From IMG/VR virus record IMGVR_UViG_3300017645_000047, positions 1 through 43,281 of that record: a stretch of 43,281 nucleotides of DNA. One strand, 5' to 3'. How positions within the stretch are numbered: position 1 is the stretch's first letter; each line of letters opens with the position of its first letter. Under the pieces are notes generated by a model. That model searched no databases. It was not told the DNA's origin and worked only from the letters and a program-made list of their open reading frames with translations. Made by a program: the position numbers and the translations under genes. Of this stretch, positions 26,173 to 35,233 are shown one piece after another. The DNA comes from a virus (Duplodnaviria; Caudoviricetes).

Positions 26173-26496
26173 TCACCCCCGAGGCACGTTCACGCCGTTG
26201 CCGGTGGGGGCACCGCCAGTGTTCAGGTCGATTCGCAGGGAGGAACGACCGGTCTTCTTGCGGCGACCGATGCCTTCCTTGGTCTGCATGTCGGTGGCGG
26301 TCTGCTCTGGGTCAGGCGCCGGGGCAGCAGGTGCGATGGTGTCAGGAGTGGATGGCAGCTTCGGAGTTACAGCGTCACTCACCAATTTCAGAGGCTCGGT
26401 GACGGTTTTAACGACAGCATCTCCAACTGCCTGGAATGGTTTGACGACGGTGGAACTTACAACTTTCTTCACCGCCTTGAAGACTTTCTTGCCCAC
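26173..26496 (-). CDS. gp7.3-like virion protein
   Basis: MGKKVFKAVKKVV N-terminus and GRSSLRI C-terminus resemble T7 gp7.3; synteny. Confidence 0.75.
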   Translation of the reverse strand: MGKKVFKAVKKVVSSTVVKPFQAVGDAVVKTVTEPLKLVSDAVTPKLPSTPDTIAPAAPAPDPEQTATDMQTKEGIGRRKKTGRSSLRIDLNTGGAPTGNGVNVPRG

Positions 26497-26942
26497 TAAA
26501 CAATCCTCATTATTGATGCCGCTTCTTCGGCACCGTTAATCCGGTAGAGCCTGTTAAGTGCAGGTCTTCCACCAGGGCAAAATTGAGCCTCCCTCGCTCC
26601 GGCCAACTTAGTGAGCACACGGATTACATCGAAGACTTCGGCAAGACTTGTCTTACCGTCTCCGACTCGCATCAGATAAACTTCAGACAATATCGGAGTC
26701 TTCGAGAACCACTCGTTGCCTATAACGAAGGCGAACAAGTAGTCACCGTTGATGATCACGATGTTGTATTCGGAAAGGGAAAGTTCGGTTAGTTGATCGG
26801 CATTGAGGGAACCGGGGTCGGAAGCCTCCGGCGAGATCTCAACGAAGCGCTCCATCGCTCGGTGAACGACGGGCCTGATCTCTTCTTGGGTGAGTACCGA
26901 AGGTTCCATCTGGTCCAGCCGTAGGAACCTCGGCAATCCCAT
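26496..26942 (-). CDS. Hypothetical protein, possible GNAT-like fold
   Basis: EWFSK..LSEVYL and ALNRLYRING pattern; start uncertain. Confidence 0.55.
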   Translation of the reverse strand: MGLPRFLRLDQMEPSVLTQEEIRPVVHRAMERFVEISPEASDPGSLNADQLTELSLSEYNIVIINGDYLFAFVIGNEWFSKTPILSEVYLMRVGDGKTSLAEVFDVIRVLTKLAGAREAQFCPGGRPALNRLYRINGAEEAASIMRIV

Positions 26943-27112
26943 CAGCTGCCGATGCCGGGGGTGATCCGCAGCTTGTTTGTGCTGCTGCTCTTCTTGCGGA
27001 GAGAGGTCGAATCGCCACCGATCTTGAAGTCCATGGCGTTCAGTTCAGGGGGCGGCGGCGGCGCTGCAGGAGTTGCTGCCGAGATCTTCATGCTAGGTTG
27101 ACTTAAGCACAT
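26942..27112 (-). CDS. gp6.7-like small virion protein (56 aa), not in the ORF track
   Basis: MCLSQPSMKISAATPAAPPPPEL...NKLRI; MC start and Pro-rich as in T7 gp6.7. Confidence 0.65.
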   Translation of the reverse strand: MCLSQPSMKISAATPAAPPPPPELNAMDFKIGGDSTSLRKKSSSTNKLRITPGIGS

Positions 27113-27296
27113 GAGTGTCCCTCATTACGTTTTCGTTCTGCTCATCGAAGATGCGCTTGAGGAACTTGACGACTTGCCGTTCACCAACTCGCATCCAGAT
27201 TTCGCGGTCACTCCAGCTCGGCTCCGGGCAGCGTTCAGGGAATCGTTTGTCCAGGGCATCGAGCAGGTCTTTAGGAACAGCAGGAAGTTCAATCAT
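27093..27296 (-). CDS. Conserved small late protein (gp6.5 position)
   Basis: LLDALDKRFPERCP...GERQVVKFLK; AAGGAG RBS; follows a phage promoter. Confidence 0.75.
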   Translation of the reverse strand: MIELPAVPKDLLDALDKRFPERCPEPSWSDREIWMRVGERQVVKFLKRIFDEQNENVMRDTHVLKST

Positions 27297-27339
27297 TGAG
27301 TTCTCCTTTAGATGTATTCTCTGATTACTGTCCTCTGCC

Positions 27340-27357
27340 CCATGAGTGCGACCTAAT
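27340..27357 (-). promoter_or_regulatory. Phage RNAP promoter (phi6.5-like)
   Basis: ATTAGGTCGCACTCATGG. Confidence 0.87.
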
Positions 27358-27396
27358 CGAACTTCCACGAACTTGCAGAGAATGAGAAAGGGGCCG

Positions 27397-28368
27397 TTAC
27401 CAGCCCCAATCTCCATCCATGCCTTTGTGGTTGTAATCAGTGACTCGGCCCTCGAAGAAGTTCTTCTGGTTGTCACCGGATACGATGTGGTCTACCCAGG
27501 GGAGCGGGTTCTTTTCGATCTGCCAGTTGGCCTTCAGCCCGAGCTGGATCAGGCGGCGATCCGCGATGAAGCGGATGTACTGCTTGACCTCCTCGGGGGT
27601 CAGCGCCTTCGGCCCACCCAGGGCGAACGACAGGTCGATGAAGCGATCCTCCAGGGCGACACCCTGGCGGAACATCTCGTAGATCGCCCGCTTGAAGCCG
27701 TCGTTGACGATCTCCGGGTGCTCCTCACAGTGGCGCCGGAACAACGCCGCCATGATCTCTACGTGCTTGGTCTCGTCGCGGATCGACCATTCGACGATCT
27801 CGCACATGCCCAGCATCTTCGAGCCAGCCTCGGGGCGCTGGTAGTTCAGGAGCTGGACGAAGGCCGAGAACAGGCTCATGCCCTCGTTCATCACGGTGCG
27901 GGCGAGGTTCATGCCCATCGCCTTGGGGGTCGGACTCGGCCCGGTCACGAAGTCCTGCATGAACTCCGCTTTGTCGGCCATCTCCTCGTACTCAAGGAAC
28001 GCCCGGTACTCCGTCTCCGGTAGGCCCAGGGTGTCGTTCAGCAGCGCATAGGCGCGCATGTGGGTCGACTCCCGGTTGGCGATGGAGAGCAGCGCCATGC
28101 GGGCTTCGTTGTTCTTGAAGTACGGGAGGAACACGTCGACGTAGGAGCCACCCACGATCTGGTCGCTCTGGGTGAACAGGCGCAGGATCTGGGTGATGTG
28201 GTTCTTCTCGACCGGGGTGATCGCCCCGTCCTTCCACTGGTTCACGTCACGCTGCAGGGATGCCTCGTACTCCATCCAGAACAGCGACTCATGCTCAATA
28301 GCGTGGTTGACGAACTCCGGGTAGTGGAACGGTTTATAGGTTGTCGAGTACTCAGTGAGCTGCGACAT
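27397..28368 (-). CDS. nrdB: Ribonucleotide reductase class I beta subunit
   Basis: Di-iron motifs ESTH and DETKH; NFFEGRVTDY. Confidence 0.95.
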   Translation of the reverse strand: MSQLTEYSTTYKPFHYPEFVNHAIEHESLFWMEYEASLQRDVNQWKDGAITPVEKNHITQILRLFTQSDQIVGGSYVDVFLPYFKNNEARMALLSIANRESTHMRAYALLNDTLGLPETEYRAFLEYEEMADKAEFMQDFVTGPSPTPKAMGMNLARTVMNEGMSLFSAFVQLLNYQRPEAGSKMLGMCEIVEWSIRDETKHVEIMAALFRRHCEEHPEIVNDGFKRAIYEMFRQGVALEDRFIDLSFALGGPKALTPEEVKQYIRFIADRRLIQLGLKANWQIEKNPLPWVDHIVSGDNQKNFFEGRVTDYNHKGMDGDWGW

Positions 28369-28756
28369 GGATTCCTCCTGTGAGATAAGCGATTGCCCGG
28401 CTCAGGGCTTCCCTGCTGTCCCGCAGAAGGCCGAGCGCCTTGTTACACGACGGACACAGCAGCCCCCGCACTGCGCCTGTCGTGTGGCAGTGGTCGACGT
28501 GAAGAACGCCTTTATCGGGGTGTGTTTTACAGATCGCGCACACGCCGCCTTGCTGATCGAGCATCGCTTCGTACTGGTCTTTGGTGAGTCCGTAGCGTTC
28601 TTTCAGCTTGTTCCAGCGGTACTCGCGCGTGTAGGTCAATGATTTGCAGCGTTTGCAGAAAGCCTCGTGACCTCCACCGGCCTTGGGAGACCGGCGGAAG
28701 TACTCGGTTAGGGGCTTTTCTTCGCCGCATTTGGTGCAGCGTTTCAGCCCTGACAT
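28352..28756 (-). CDS. Endonuclease VII-family (His-Me) endonuclease, probably homing
   Basis: CAIC...LHVDHCHTTGAVRGLLCPSCNKALG; N-terminal CxxC..CxxC. Confidence 0.9.
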   Translation of the reverse strand: MSGLKRCTKCGEEKPLTEYFRRSPKAGGGHEAFCKRCKSLTYTREYRWNKLKERYGLTKDQYEAMLDQQGGVCAICKTHPDKGVLHVDHCHTTGAVRGLLCPSCNKALGLLRDSREALSRAIAYLTGGIHVAAH

Positions 28757-30552
28757 GCTAGGCAGTTATCCTCCTCTTGGTTGAAGTCTTTCAGTGCCCT
28801 CCGCTCGATGTGCGCCGAGACCTTGTCCGCCGAGTGACCGGCAGTGGTGCGCAGGTAGTACAGGCCCTTCAGCCCCCGGCGATAGGCACGGAGGTGGACC
28901 GAGTTGACGTAGCTGCGCTGAGCGCCGAACGGGAGGTAGACGTTTACGGATTGGCCCTGGCAGATGAACGGCTGGCGATCAGCCGCGTGCTCCACCACCC
29001 AGTGCTGGTCGATCTCGAAGGCGGTCTTGAAGACTTCCTTCTCGTAGTCGCTCAGGCAGTCGAGGTGCTGGACGGAGCCATGGGCCAGGATGATCGACTG
29101 GCGCACTTCCTCGGTGTTGCAGCCCTTCTTCTCCAGCAGAGCTTCGAGGTAGGGGTTGAACACCAGATGCGAGCCAGCGCGGGTACGCTGGGTGAACGCA
29201 TTGCTGCGCAGGGGTTCGATGCTGGGCGAGACGCCGCAGATCAGCCCACTGTTTGCATTCGGAGCGATAGCCAGCAGGTGAGAATTGCGACGGCCAGTGC
29301 CCACCATATCGGGGGCTTCGCCGCGCTCAGCGCCAAGCTCATAGGTGGCCTCCAGGGCTTTCTCGTGGATGTACCGAGCGATCTTGATGTTGAGGGACTT
29401 GGCGATGGCCGACTCCCACGGCAGACCTTTCTTCTGCAGCAGGGAGTGGAAGCCCATCTGGCCCAGGCCCACGGCCCGCTCGCGCATGGCCGAGAAGACA
29501 GCGCGGTGCATGGTCTTCGGGGCGTGCTTGATGAAGTACGACAGGACGTTGTCGAGGAACCGAATCCAGCGTTTGATGAACTCGGGATCTGCGGACCACT
29601 CGTCCCACTTCTCCACGTTCACGCTCGACAGGCAGCACACCGCAGTTCGCTCGGCGTCGGTCGGCAGGTGGATCTCGTTGCACAGGTTCGAGCCGTGGAT
29701 CTTCAGGCCCAGCGCCTTCTGCGCCTCAGGGAGAGCGCGGTTGGCGGTGTCGATGAAGTTCAGGTACGGCTCACCGGTACGGAAGCGAACCTCCAAGATC
29801 TGCTGCCATACCTCGCGGGCTGGCATCGACTCGGTGACTCGACCGGACTGCGGGCAGCGGAACTCCCAGGTGGCATCGTTGGCCACCGCGTCCATGAAGG
29901 CATCGGTGATGTTCACGGCGTGGTGGGCGTTGAAGCACTTCCGGTTGACGTCGCCGCCGGTTGGCAGCCGCATGTGCAGGAACTCGATGAAGTCCGGGTG
30001 GCCAACATCGAGGTACGCCGCATAGCTGCCCTTGCGGGTCTTGCCTTGGCGGAACCCCTCGACCGCCGAGTCAGCGATCTTGATGTGGGGCATCGGGCCA
30101 ACCGACTTGTCGGAGACAGCACGGACGTCATCCCAGTGGCCGCCAACACCGCCACCCAGCATGGACAGCCAAGCCAGCTCGACCTGATGCTGAACGAGAC
30201 CTGAGCGGGTGTCCGGCACATAGCTCAGGAAGCAACTGATGGGCATGGCCTTGGGCTCGCCACCTACCCAGAACGGGATACCGCCGTGGCGGGTCTCCCA
30301 GTAGCCGGTGGGGGCGTTGCTGAGGATGGGGCTTGAGTACATGGCCCAGCCGCGAGAGACGTCGTCGTAGATGTCCTGGGCCAGCTTGAGGTCGCCCTCG
30401 CAGAAAGCCAGGGCGGGACGAGCGAATGCATACTGGAAGGATTCACCCTCCTTCACGTAGAACCCGCCCAGGAGATCCTTGGCGATCTCCGTGAGACGGG
30501 CGTCACGAGCGAGGTCGAGGGCGATGCCGTGGAAATCAACGGTCGTCACCAT
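28744..30552 (-). CDS. nrdA: Ribonucleotide reductase class I alpha subunit (no ATP cone)
   Basis: PISCF, SNLCNEI, VCCLSS, LYYLR and C-terminal CLACQG. Confidence 0.95.
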   Translation of the reverse strand: MVTTVDFHGIALDLARDARLTEIAKDLLGGFYVKEGESFQYAFARPALAFCEGDLKLAQDIYDDVSRGWAMYSSPILSNAPTGYWETRHGGIPFWVGGEPKAMPISCFLSYVPDTRSGLVQHQVELAWLSMLGGGVGGHWDDVRAVSDKSVGPMPHIKIADSAVEGFRQGKTRKGSYAAYLDVGHPDFIEFLHMRLPTGGDVNRKCFNAHHAVNITDAFMDAVANDATWEFRCPQSGRVTESMPAREVWQQILEVRFRTGEPYLNFIDTANRALPEAQKALGLKIHGSNLCNEIHLPTDAERTAVCCLSSVNVEKWDEWSADPEFIKRWIRFLDNVLSYFIKHAPKTMHRAVFSAMRERAVGLGQMGFHSLLQKKGLPWESAIAKSLNIKIARYIHEKALEATYELGAERGEAPDMVGTGRRNSHLLAIAPNANSGLICGVSPSIEPLRSNAFTQRTRAGSHLVFNPYLEALLEKKGCNTEEVRQSIILAHGSVQHLDCLSDYEKEVFKTAFEIDQHWVVEHAADRQPFICQGQSVNVYLPFGAQRSYVNSVHLRAYRRGLKGLYYLRTTAGHSADKVSAHIERRALKDFNQEEDNCLACQG

Positions 30553-30865
30553 ACCCTCTCAACACCCCTCGATTACTACGGTCGCGCAGCTTCTGCAGGT
30601 TCAGCTCAGCGGCGTCCTGCATGTCCAGGTCGTACTCCTTCAGGCACAGGGCCAGCTGCCAGAGCACGTCACCGGCTTCCTTAAGGACGGCCATGCGCAG
30701 GTCATGCTCGGTGGCGTAGCGCTTCGACATGTCGTCGCCACGGGCCATCTTCGCGGCGAAGCTCACGAACTCGCCGACTTCTTCTGACAGCCCAATGAAC
30801 GGGTAGCACTCATTTTCGTACACAGCGAACTCTGCGGCTCGCTCTTGATAATCACGGAAGTTCAC
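30536..30865 (-). CDS. MazG-like NTP pyrophosphohydrolase
   Basis: GLSEEVGE...KEAGDVLW...NLQKLRDR..GDDR. Confidence 0.88.
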   Translation of the reverse strand: MNFRDYQERAAEFAVYENECYPFIGLSEEVGEFVSFAAKMARGDDMSKRYATEHDLRMAVLKEAGDVLWQLALCLKEYDLDMQDAAELNLQKLRDRSNRGVLRGYGDDR

Positions 30866-31164
30866 TGTTTGGTTTCCTTGTAGTATTCAGCGATGGCAGC
30901 TTCGAGGCGCAGCAACTTGCGCTCGTACCAGGCGGCTTTCTGCAGGTCTTGAACCCCAGCCTTCTTCTGGTAACGCCAGCGGTATTTGAAGGAGTTGCCC
31001 CGGAGATAACCGCGAAGTTCTTCGACGGTCATCATCGAGACCATTGCCTCGAAGCATTCGATGGACAGCATGTCGACATCGCCTTCGAGAACTGCGTCGC
31101 GGATAGTTGCAGTGAACTTGTCCACGTTCTGTTTGTAATGAATCGGATGGTTTACGGCGTCCAC
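30862..31164 (-). CDS. DUF3310 (SaV-like / T7 gp1.7-related) protein
   Basis: DAVNHPIHY...GYLRGNSFKYRWRYQKK..QDLQKAAWY. Confidence 0.85.
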   Translation of the reverse strand: MDAVNHPIHYKQNVDKFTATIRDAVLEGDVDMLSIECFEAMVSMMTVEELRGYLRGNSFKYRWRYQKKAGVQDLQKAAWYERKLLRLEAAIAEYYKETKQ

Positions 31165-31976
31165 AGTTTCACCTGCTTAGTCTTGAAGTCGTAATCACTC
31201 GCTCGGCAAATGCGAGCAACTCGGGCCTGTCTGAGAGCTTCTTCTTCACCGAGTCCAGCTCTTCGGTAGTGCGACAGGACAGCATCCCAAGGACTATCCA
31301 CATCACACTTTTGCCAGCGCATCTCGGTTTCTCCCTTACGAGCACCGGACTTGAATGTGTGTTCGTATTGTTCCCAGCCATGAGGTTCTTCGAGGATTTT
31401 TCTGGCGGTCTCAATACCGATACCAGGGCAGCCGGAATATCCATCGGTGATGTCTCCGGCCAATGCTTGAATGAGGTGCCACTTATCAGCTTCCTCTTGG
31501 GAAACTTCAAAGACACCCAACTCTTCTTTGTGGCTCAGGTAATGAAGACCAGGGATTGTCTGAAGGTCTTTGTCTTTGGTGACAATTACCTTCTCGCCAT
31601 TAAGGCCCGACCAAGTTGCGAGAATCCCGAGTACATCGTCCGCTTCCAAAGTTGGGCGAACGAAGACTTCGTGCTCTTCTTGCAACAGTTCTTTCAGGAG
31701 GTTCAGAAGCATCGGCTTCCGCTGTCCTACTCGGTTCTCCTTGTAGGAAGGCAGAACTTGCTTTCGCCAGTTATCCGAATCGGACAACGCGACGATGATG
31801 CGGTCTGCTCCAATAGCGCGACCTAATTCGTCGATGCGTCCCAGGAGCCTTGCCTTGGCCGGTTCTTCCCAGGCATGGAGAGTCCAGAGGCCATCCCCCC
31901 AATGGGTGGCCTCCTCTGCTCCCGCCGCGATCTCGTAGGCGAAGACGTCGCCGTCGATCAGGGCGATGGTTGTCAT
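31152..31976 (-). CDS. 5'-3' exonuclease (gp6)
   Basis: ALIDGD, YKENR, LEADDVLGI, KDKDL, GDITDGYSGCPGIG. Confidence 0.95.
   Translation of the reverse strand: MTTIALIDGDVFAYEIAAGAEEATHWGDGLWTLHAWEEPAKARLLGRIDELGRAIGADRIIVALSDSDNWRKQVLPSYKENRVGQRKPMLLNLLKELLQEEHEVFVRPTLEADDVLGILATWSGLNGEKVIVTKDKDLQTIPGLHYLSHKEELGVFEVSQEEADKWHLIQALAGDITDGYSGCPGIGIETARKILEEPHGWEQYEHTFKSGARKGETEMRWQKCDVDSPWDAVLSHYRRAGLGEEEALRQARVARICRASDYDFKTKQVKLWTP
31810..31827 (-). promoter_or_regulatory. Phage RNAP promoter inside the exonuclease gene
   Basis: ATTAGGTCGCGCTATTGG. Confidence 0.65.
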
Positions 31977-31988
31977 GCGGTGTTTCTC

Positions 31989-32675
31989 CTATGCACTAGT
32001 GGATTCATTCGGGCAAGTCAAAGCCGCCCAGGACACGGGGAACAGCGGTTGGATCAGGCGCCCTACCAGTCGGGCCAGCTCTTGGATCTCCCACTGAGCG
32101 TGCTCGTCGGTGCGCTGGTTGTAGAACCGGGCGTATGCAGCGAGGTTGCCGGTCCACACCCAGTTCACGATGACGCCCTGGGGAAGGACCATGCGGGCCT
32201 GTTCGGGGCAGACACCATCCGCGATCATCAGCTCGTAGAGGTAGATCATCGACTGGCAGCTCTCGGTGTAGATGCCTTTCCAGAAGCCGCTGGAGGGATG
32301 CACACCGGCACTCCCCTGCTTGATCGAGCCTTCCGGTTTCAAGCGGAAGTCCTCTGGCAGGAACAGCTCGGGGCTGCAGGAGATGTACCGGCGGCTCTCC
32401 TCGTTCTCCACGAACCCGGCCTTGTGCTTGAAGCACTGGGTGCGGATCGGGACCGGCGCGGACATACGCAGGGTGATCGCCGTATGGGCGAAGGGAGTCC
32501 AGTGGTTGTGCCGAGCGAGGTAGCGGATCAGAGCAGCGTGGCTACGGCAGCCCAGGCGCTTGGCCTCGATGTCGTCGATGAAGTGTTGAACCGACTCGTC
32601 GTCGGCGAAGGAGACCTTGGCGGCCTTCACCACCGAGAGGTCGCTGCCCATGTGGTCCATATAAGTTGCTCGCAT
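31989..32675 (-). CDS. thyX: Flavin-dependent thymidylate synthase
   Basis: HMGSDLSVVKAAKVS, HWTPF, NEESRRY, PEQARMVLP, HAQWEI. Confidence 0.93.
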   Translation of the reverse strand: MRATYMDHMGSDLSVVKAAKVSFADDESVQHFIDDIEAKRLGCRSHAALIRYLARHNHWTPFAHTAITLRMSAPVPIRTQCFKHKAGFVENEESRRYISCSPELFLPEDFRLKPEGSIKQGSAGVHPSSGFWKGIYTESCQSMIYLYELMIADGVCPEQARMVLPQGVIVNWVWTGNLAAYARFYNQRTDEHAQWEIQELARLVGRLIQPLFPVSWAALTCPNESTSA

Positions 32676-32884
32676 TACTTTTCTCCTGTCATTTCGAGCA
32701 GAGCGGCTCCTGCCGGAGTTACTCGCCAATGTTTGCTGTAAACGCCGTGACCGGCATGGGTGGTAATAAGGCCGCGACTTGCAAGTTCAGCTACGTGAAC
32801 TGCATTGGTTCTCGCGTAGTCGCACTGGATGGTGAATGGCTGGATGTAGCACCGCTGCAGGACAATGACTGTTTGCCTGTTCAC
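32675..32884 (-). CDS. T7 gp5.7-like protein
   Basis: TIQCDYARTNAVHVAELASRGLIT...WRVTPAG resembles T7 gp5.7; synteny. Confidence 0.75.
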   Translation of the reverse strand: MNRQTVIVLQRCYIQPFTIQCDYARTNAVHVAELASRGLITTHAGHGVYSKHWRVTPAGAALLEMTGEK

Positions 32885-33363
32885 TTAGCGGCGCCCTCCT
32901 CCTTCGGCTGTTGTTCTACCGGGACAACTTCCTGGGGAACCGGTTGTTGTGGTTCTTCCTGGGGAACTTGCTCTTCCTTCTTCTCGTCGTCATGCCACCA
33001 GTTGTACAGAGCATTACCGGCGAACGAGCCAGTCAGAGAACTGAAGAAGCCAGTGCCGAATCCGCTACTTGCGGGAGCCGAGTGATTCACCACGTTGGTG
33101 GTCTGGTGAACTACCGTCACGTTCTTCTGCACAACTTTCGGTGAAGGTGCAGGTGCCGGAGTTACCTTCGGCCTGGAGAAGAACGAAGTAGACGGAGAGC
33201 TATAACTACGGCTGCTACTACTACTGAAACTTCGGGATGTGCTGAAGCTACGAGCAGAGCTGAAGCTACGACCGGTACTGAAACTACCGGCAGTTGCTTC
33301 GAGAGTTACACCAGCGAGTACAAACAGAATCGCAATAGCTGCGATGAACTTGGAAAGTTTCAT
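32881..33363 (-). CDS. Signal-peptide/membrane protein with Ser-rich RSFS repeats
   Basis: N-terminal hydrophobic segment, RSFS x3, Gly-rich hydrophobic helix, acidic tail. Confidence 0.75.
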   Translation of the reverse strand: MKLSKFIAAIAILFVLAGVTLEATAGSFSTGRSFSSARSFSTSRSFSSSSSRSYSSPSTSFFSRPKVTPAPAPSPKVVQKNVTVVHQTTNVVNHSAPASSGFGTGFFSSLTGSFAGNALYNWWHDDEKKEEQVPQEEPQQPVPQEVVPVEQQPKEEGAAK

Positions 33364-33379
33364 GTGAGTGTTCCTTAAG

Positions 33380-35194
33380 TTAGTGGCATTCGTACCAGTT
33401 CATGCCGATCTTCGCTTCGCCATCCAGGGGACAGCGCCAGTTGAATTGCTTGCCAGCTTCGCGGAATGCCCAACAGGCAACTTCGGCAACTTCGTCAGCG
33501 ATCTCTTCGAGGACTTGAAGTTGGAATTCGTCGTGAACGTGCGCGACCATTCCCCAGTGTTTCCCGAAGATGTATCCACGTCTGGATAGTTCCAGATACA
33601 AGTTGACCGTCGCCTGTTTAACCAACAGCGCACCGGCAGATTGCAGCAGGGTGTTGAGAGCGGAGTGCTCGGAGCGGACGTGCAGCTGCCGACCGTCAAT
33701 CCCCAGGAGGTACTTGCGGGTCTTCGCCACCCGGACAACGTCCTCACGCAGACGGGCCAGCGCCGGGGTCTTCTTCAGGAAGTTGTCCTTCAGGCGCTTC
33801 CCTTCCTTGGCCCCCTTGCCGACGATGCTCCCGATCTTCTCGTCGCCCGCCCCGTAGAGGAAGGCGTAGATGAAGGTCTTCGCGTTGTCGCGGGTAGGTA
33901 GTCCAGCGGCCTCTTGGTTGGCCTTGTGGATGTCGCCTTCCAGCAGCACCTTGCCGTATTCGCCGCCGTCGTAGCGCGCCATGTAGTGAGCGAGGCAGCG
34001 TAGCTCCAGGCCTGAGGCGTCGGCGCCCACCTGCTTCCAGCCCACAGGGACATGGAAGAGCTTGCGGCAGTCGTCGCCAAAGGCCGCCTTACCCGATGGC
34101 ACCTGGGCCACGTTAGGGTTGGCGTGGGTGCAGCGCCCGGTGACCGCGCCGATGGTGTTCACCGAGCCGTGGATGCGACCGTTACGCTCCAGCTTGAGCC
34201 AAGCCTGGGAGCCTTCCGCGAGCTGGCCGATCCGCTTCTCGATGGTGAATCGCTCGGAGAGCAGCTTGGCCGGTGGGTACGGGAGAGCCGCCAGGATGGT
34301 TTCATCGATCTGCGGCTGGCCGTTCTCGGTGAACTCCTTGGGCTTCCACCCGAAGAGCTTGCCCAGGCGGTCGCCGATCTGCTGGCGGCTGGAGGGGTTG
34401 AACTCCTGCAGCTTGATCTTGCAGAAGGCGGCACCCTCGACGTAGCCCATGGTGCGGTTCGGGCGCTTCGGCACCATCAGCCCGTCGTTGATGTACCAGG
34501 GCTTGAAGTAGGCCTTCAGCTCCTCGTCGATCTCCAGGCGGCGGGCCGCGAGCTTGGCGTACAGCTCGACCGCTTTCTCCACGTCGAAGGCGAATCCGAA
34601 CTGCTCCTGCAGCCCGATGATGTGGGCGAACCAGTGCTCCAGCTCGACGGCGCGATCAGGGATCTCCTTCTGGTTGATCTTCTCCCACAGCCGCTCGGTG
34701 ACATCGACGTCCAGCTCGCAGTAGTCCTGCATGTCGACGTTCCAGGCAGCCCAGGGGTCCAGCCCCTTGGCCTCCATCTGCGCGGCGTAGTCGCCCTTGT
34801 GCAGCCCCAGGCGGTGGCCCCAGGCCTCAAGGCCATGGGAACCACGGAGCTTCCCAGGCAGCTTACCCTTCTTGATCAGGCCCATGTCCCGGTCGCCCAG
34901 GTCAGGCCAAAGGAGGCGCGACAGGATCAGCGTGTCCCGCATCTTCTCAACGCCAAGGGTGAACCAGGGGTAGACCTTGTTCAGGGCCGGGACGTCGAAC
35001 TTCAGGATGTTGTGGCCAACCGCGAGGTCAGCCTCCATGAGCATCTTCAGGCCGAACTTAATGGGGTGGTAGCCCTGCCGGTCTGCGCAGGACCACACCT
35101 CCCCGGACTCAGGGTCTTTGATGACCAGGGAGTGGATACGGGTCAGCTGGTGCAGCAGCCCGTCGGTTTCACAGTCGAATAGTCGGATTCTCAT
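33380..35194 (-). CDS. DNA polymerase family A (gp5)
   Basis: Exo FDCETDG; motif A DASGLELR; motif B AKTFIYAFLYG; motif C VHDE. Confidence 0.97.
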   Translation of the reverse strand: MRIRLFDCETDGLLHQLTRIHSLVIKDPESGEVWSCADRQGYHPIKFGLKMLMEADLAVGHNILKFDVPALNKVYPWFTLGVEKMRDTLILSRLLWPDLGDRDMGLIKKGKLPGKLRGSHGLEAWGHRLGLHKGDYAAQMEAKGLDPWAAWNVDMQDYCELDVDVTERLWEKINQKEIPDRAVELEHWFAHIIGLQEQFGFAFDVEKAVELYAKLAARRLEIDEELKAYFKPWYINDGLMVPKRPNRTMGYVEGAAFCKIKLQEFNPSSRQQIGDRLGKLFGWKPKEFTENGQPQIDETILAALPYPPAKLLSERFTIEKRIGQLAEGSQAWLKLERNGRIHGSVNTIGAVTGRCTHANPNVAQVPSGKAAFGDDCRKLFHVPVGWKQVGADASGLELRCLAHYMARYDGGEYGKVLLEGDIHKANQEAAGLPTRDNAKTFIYAFLYGAGDEKIGSIVGKGAKEGKRLKDNFLKKTPALARLREDVVRVAKTRKYLLGIDGRQLHVRSEHSALNTLLQSAGALLVKQATVNLYLELSRRGYIFGKHWGMVAHVHDEFQLQVLEEIADEVAEVACWAFREAGKQFNWRCPLDGEAKIGMNWYECH

Positions 35195-35233
35195 ACGCCC
35201 TCTCGCTGGAGTAGCAATGCACTGATGGATAGA

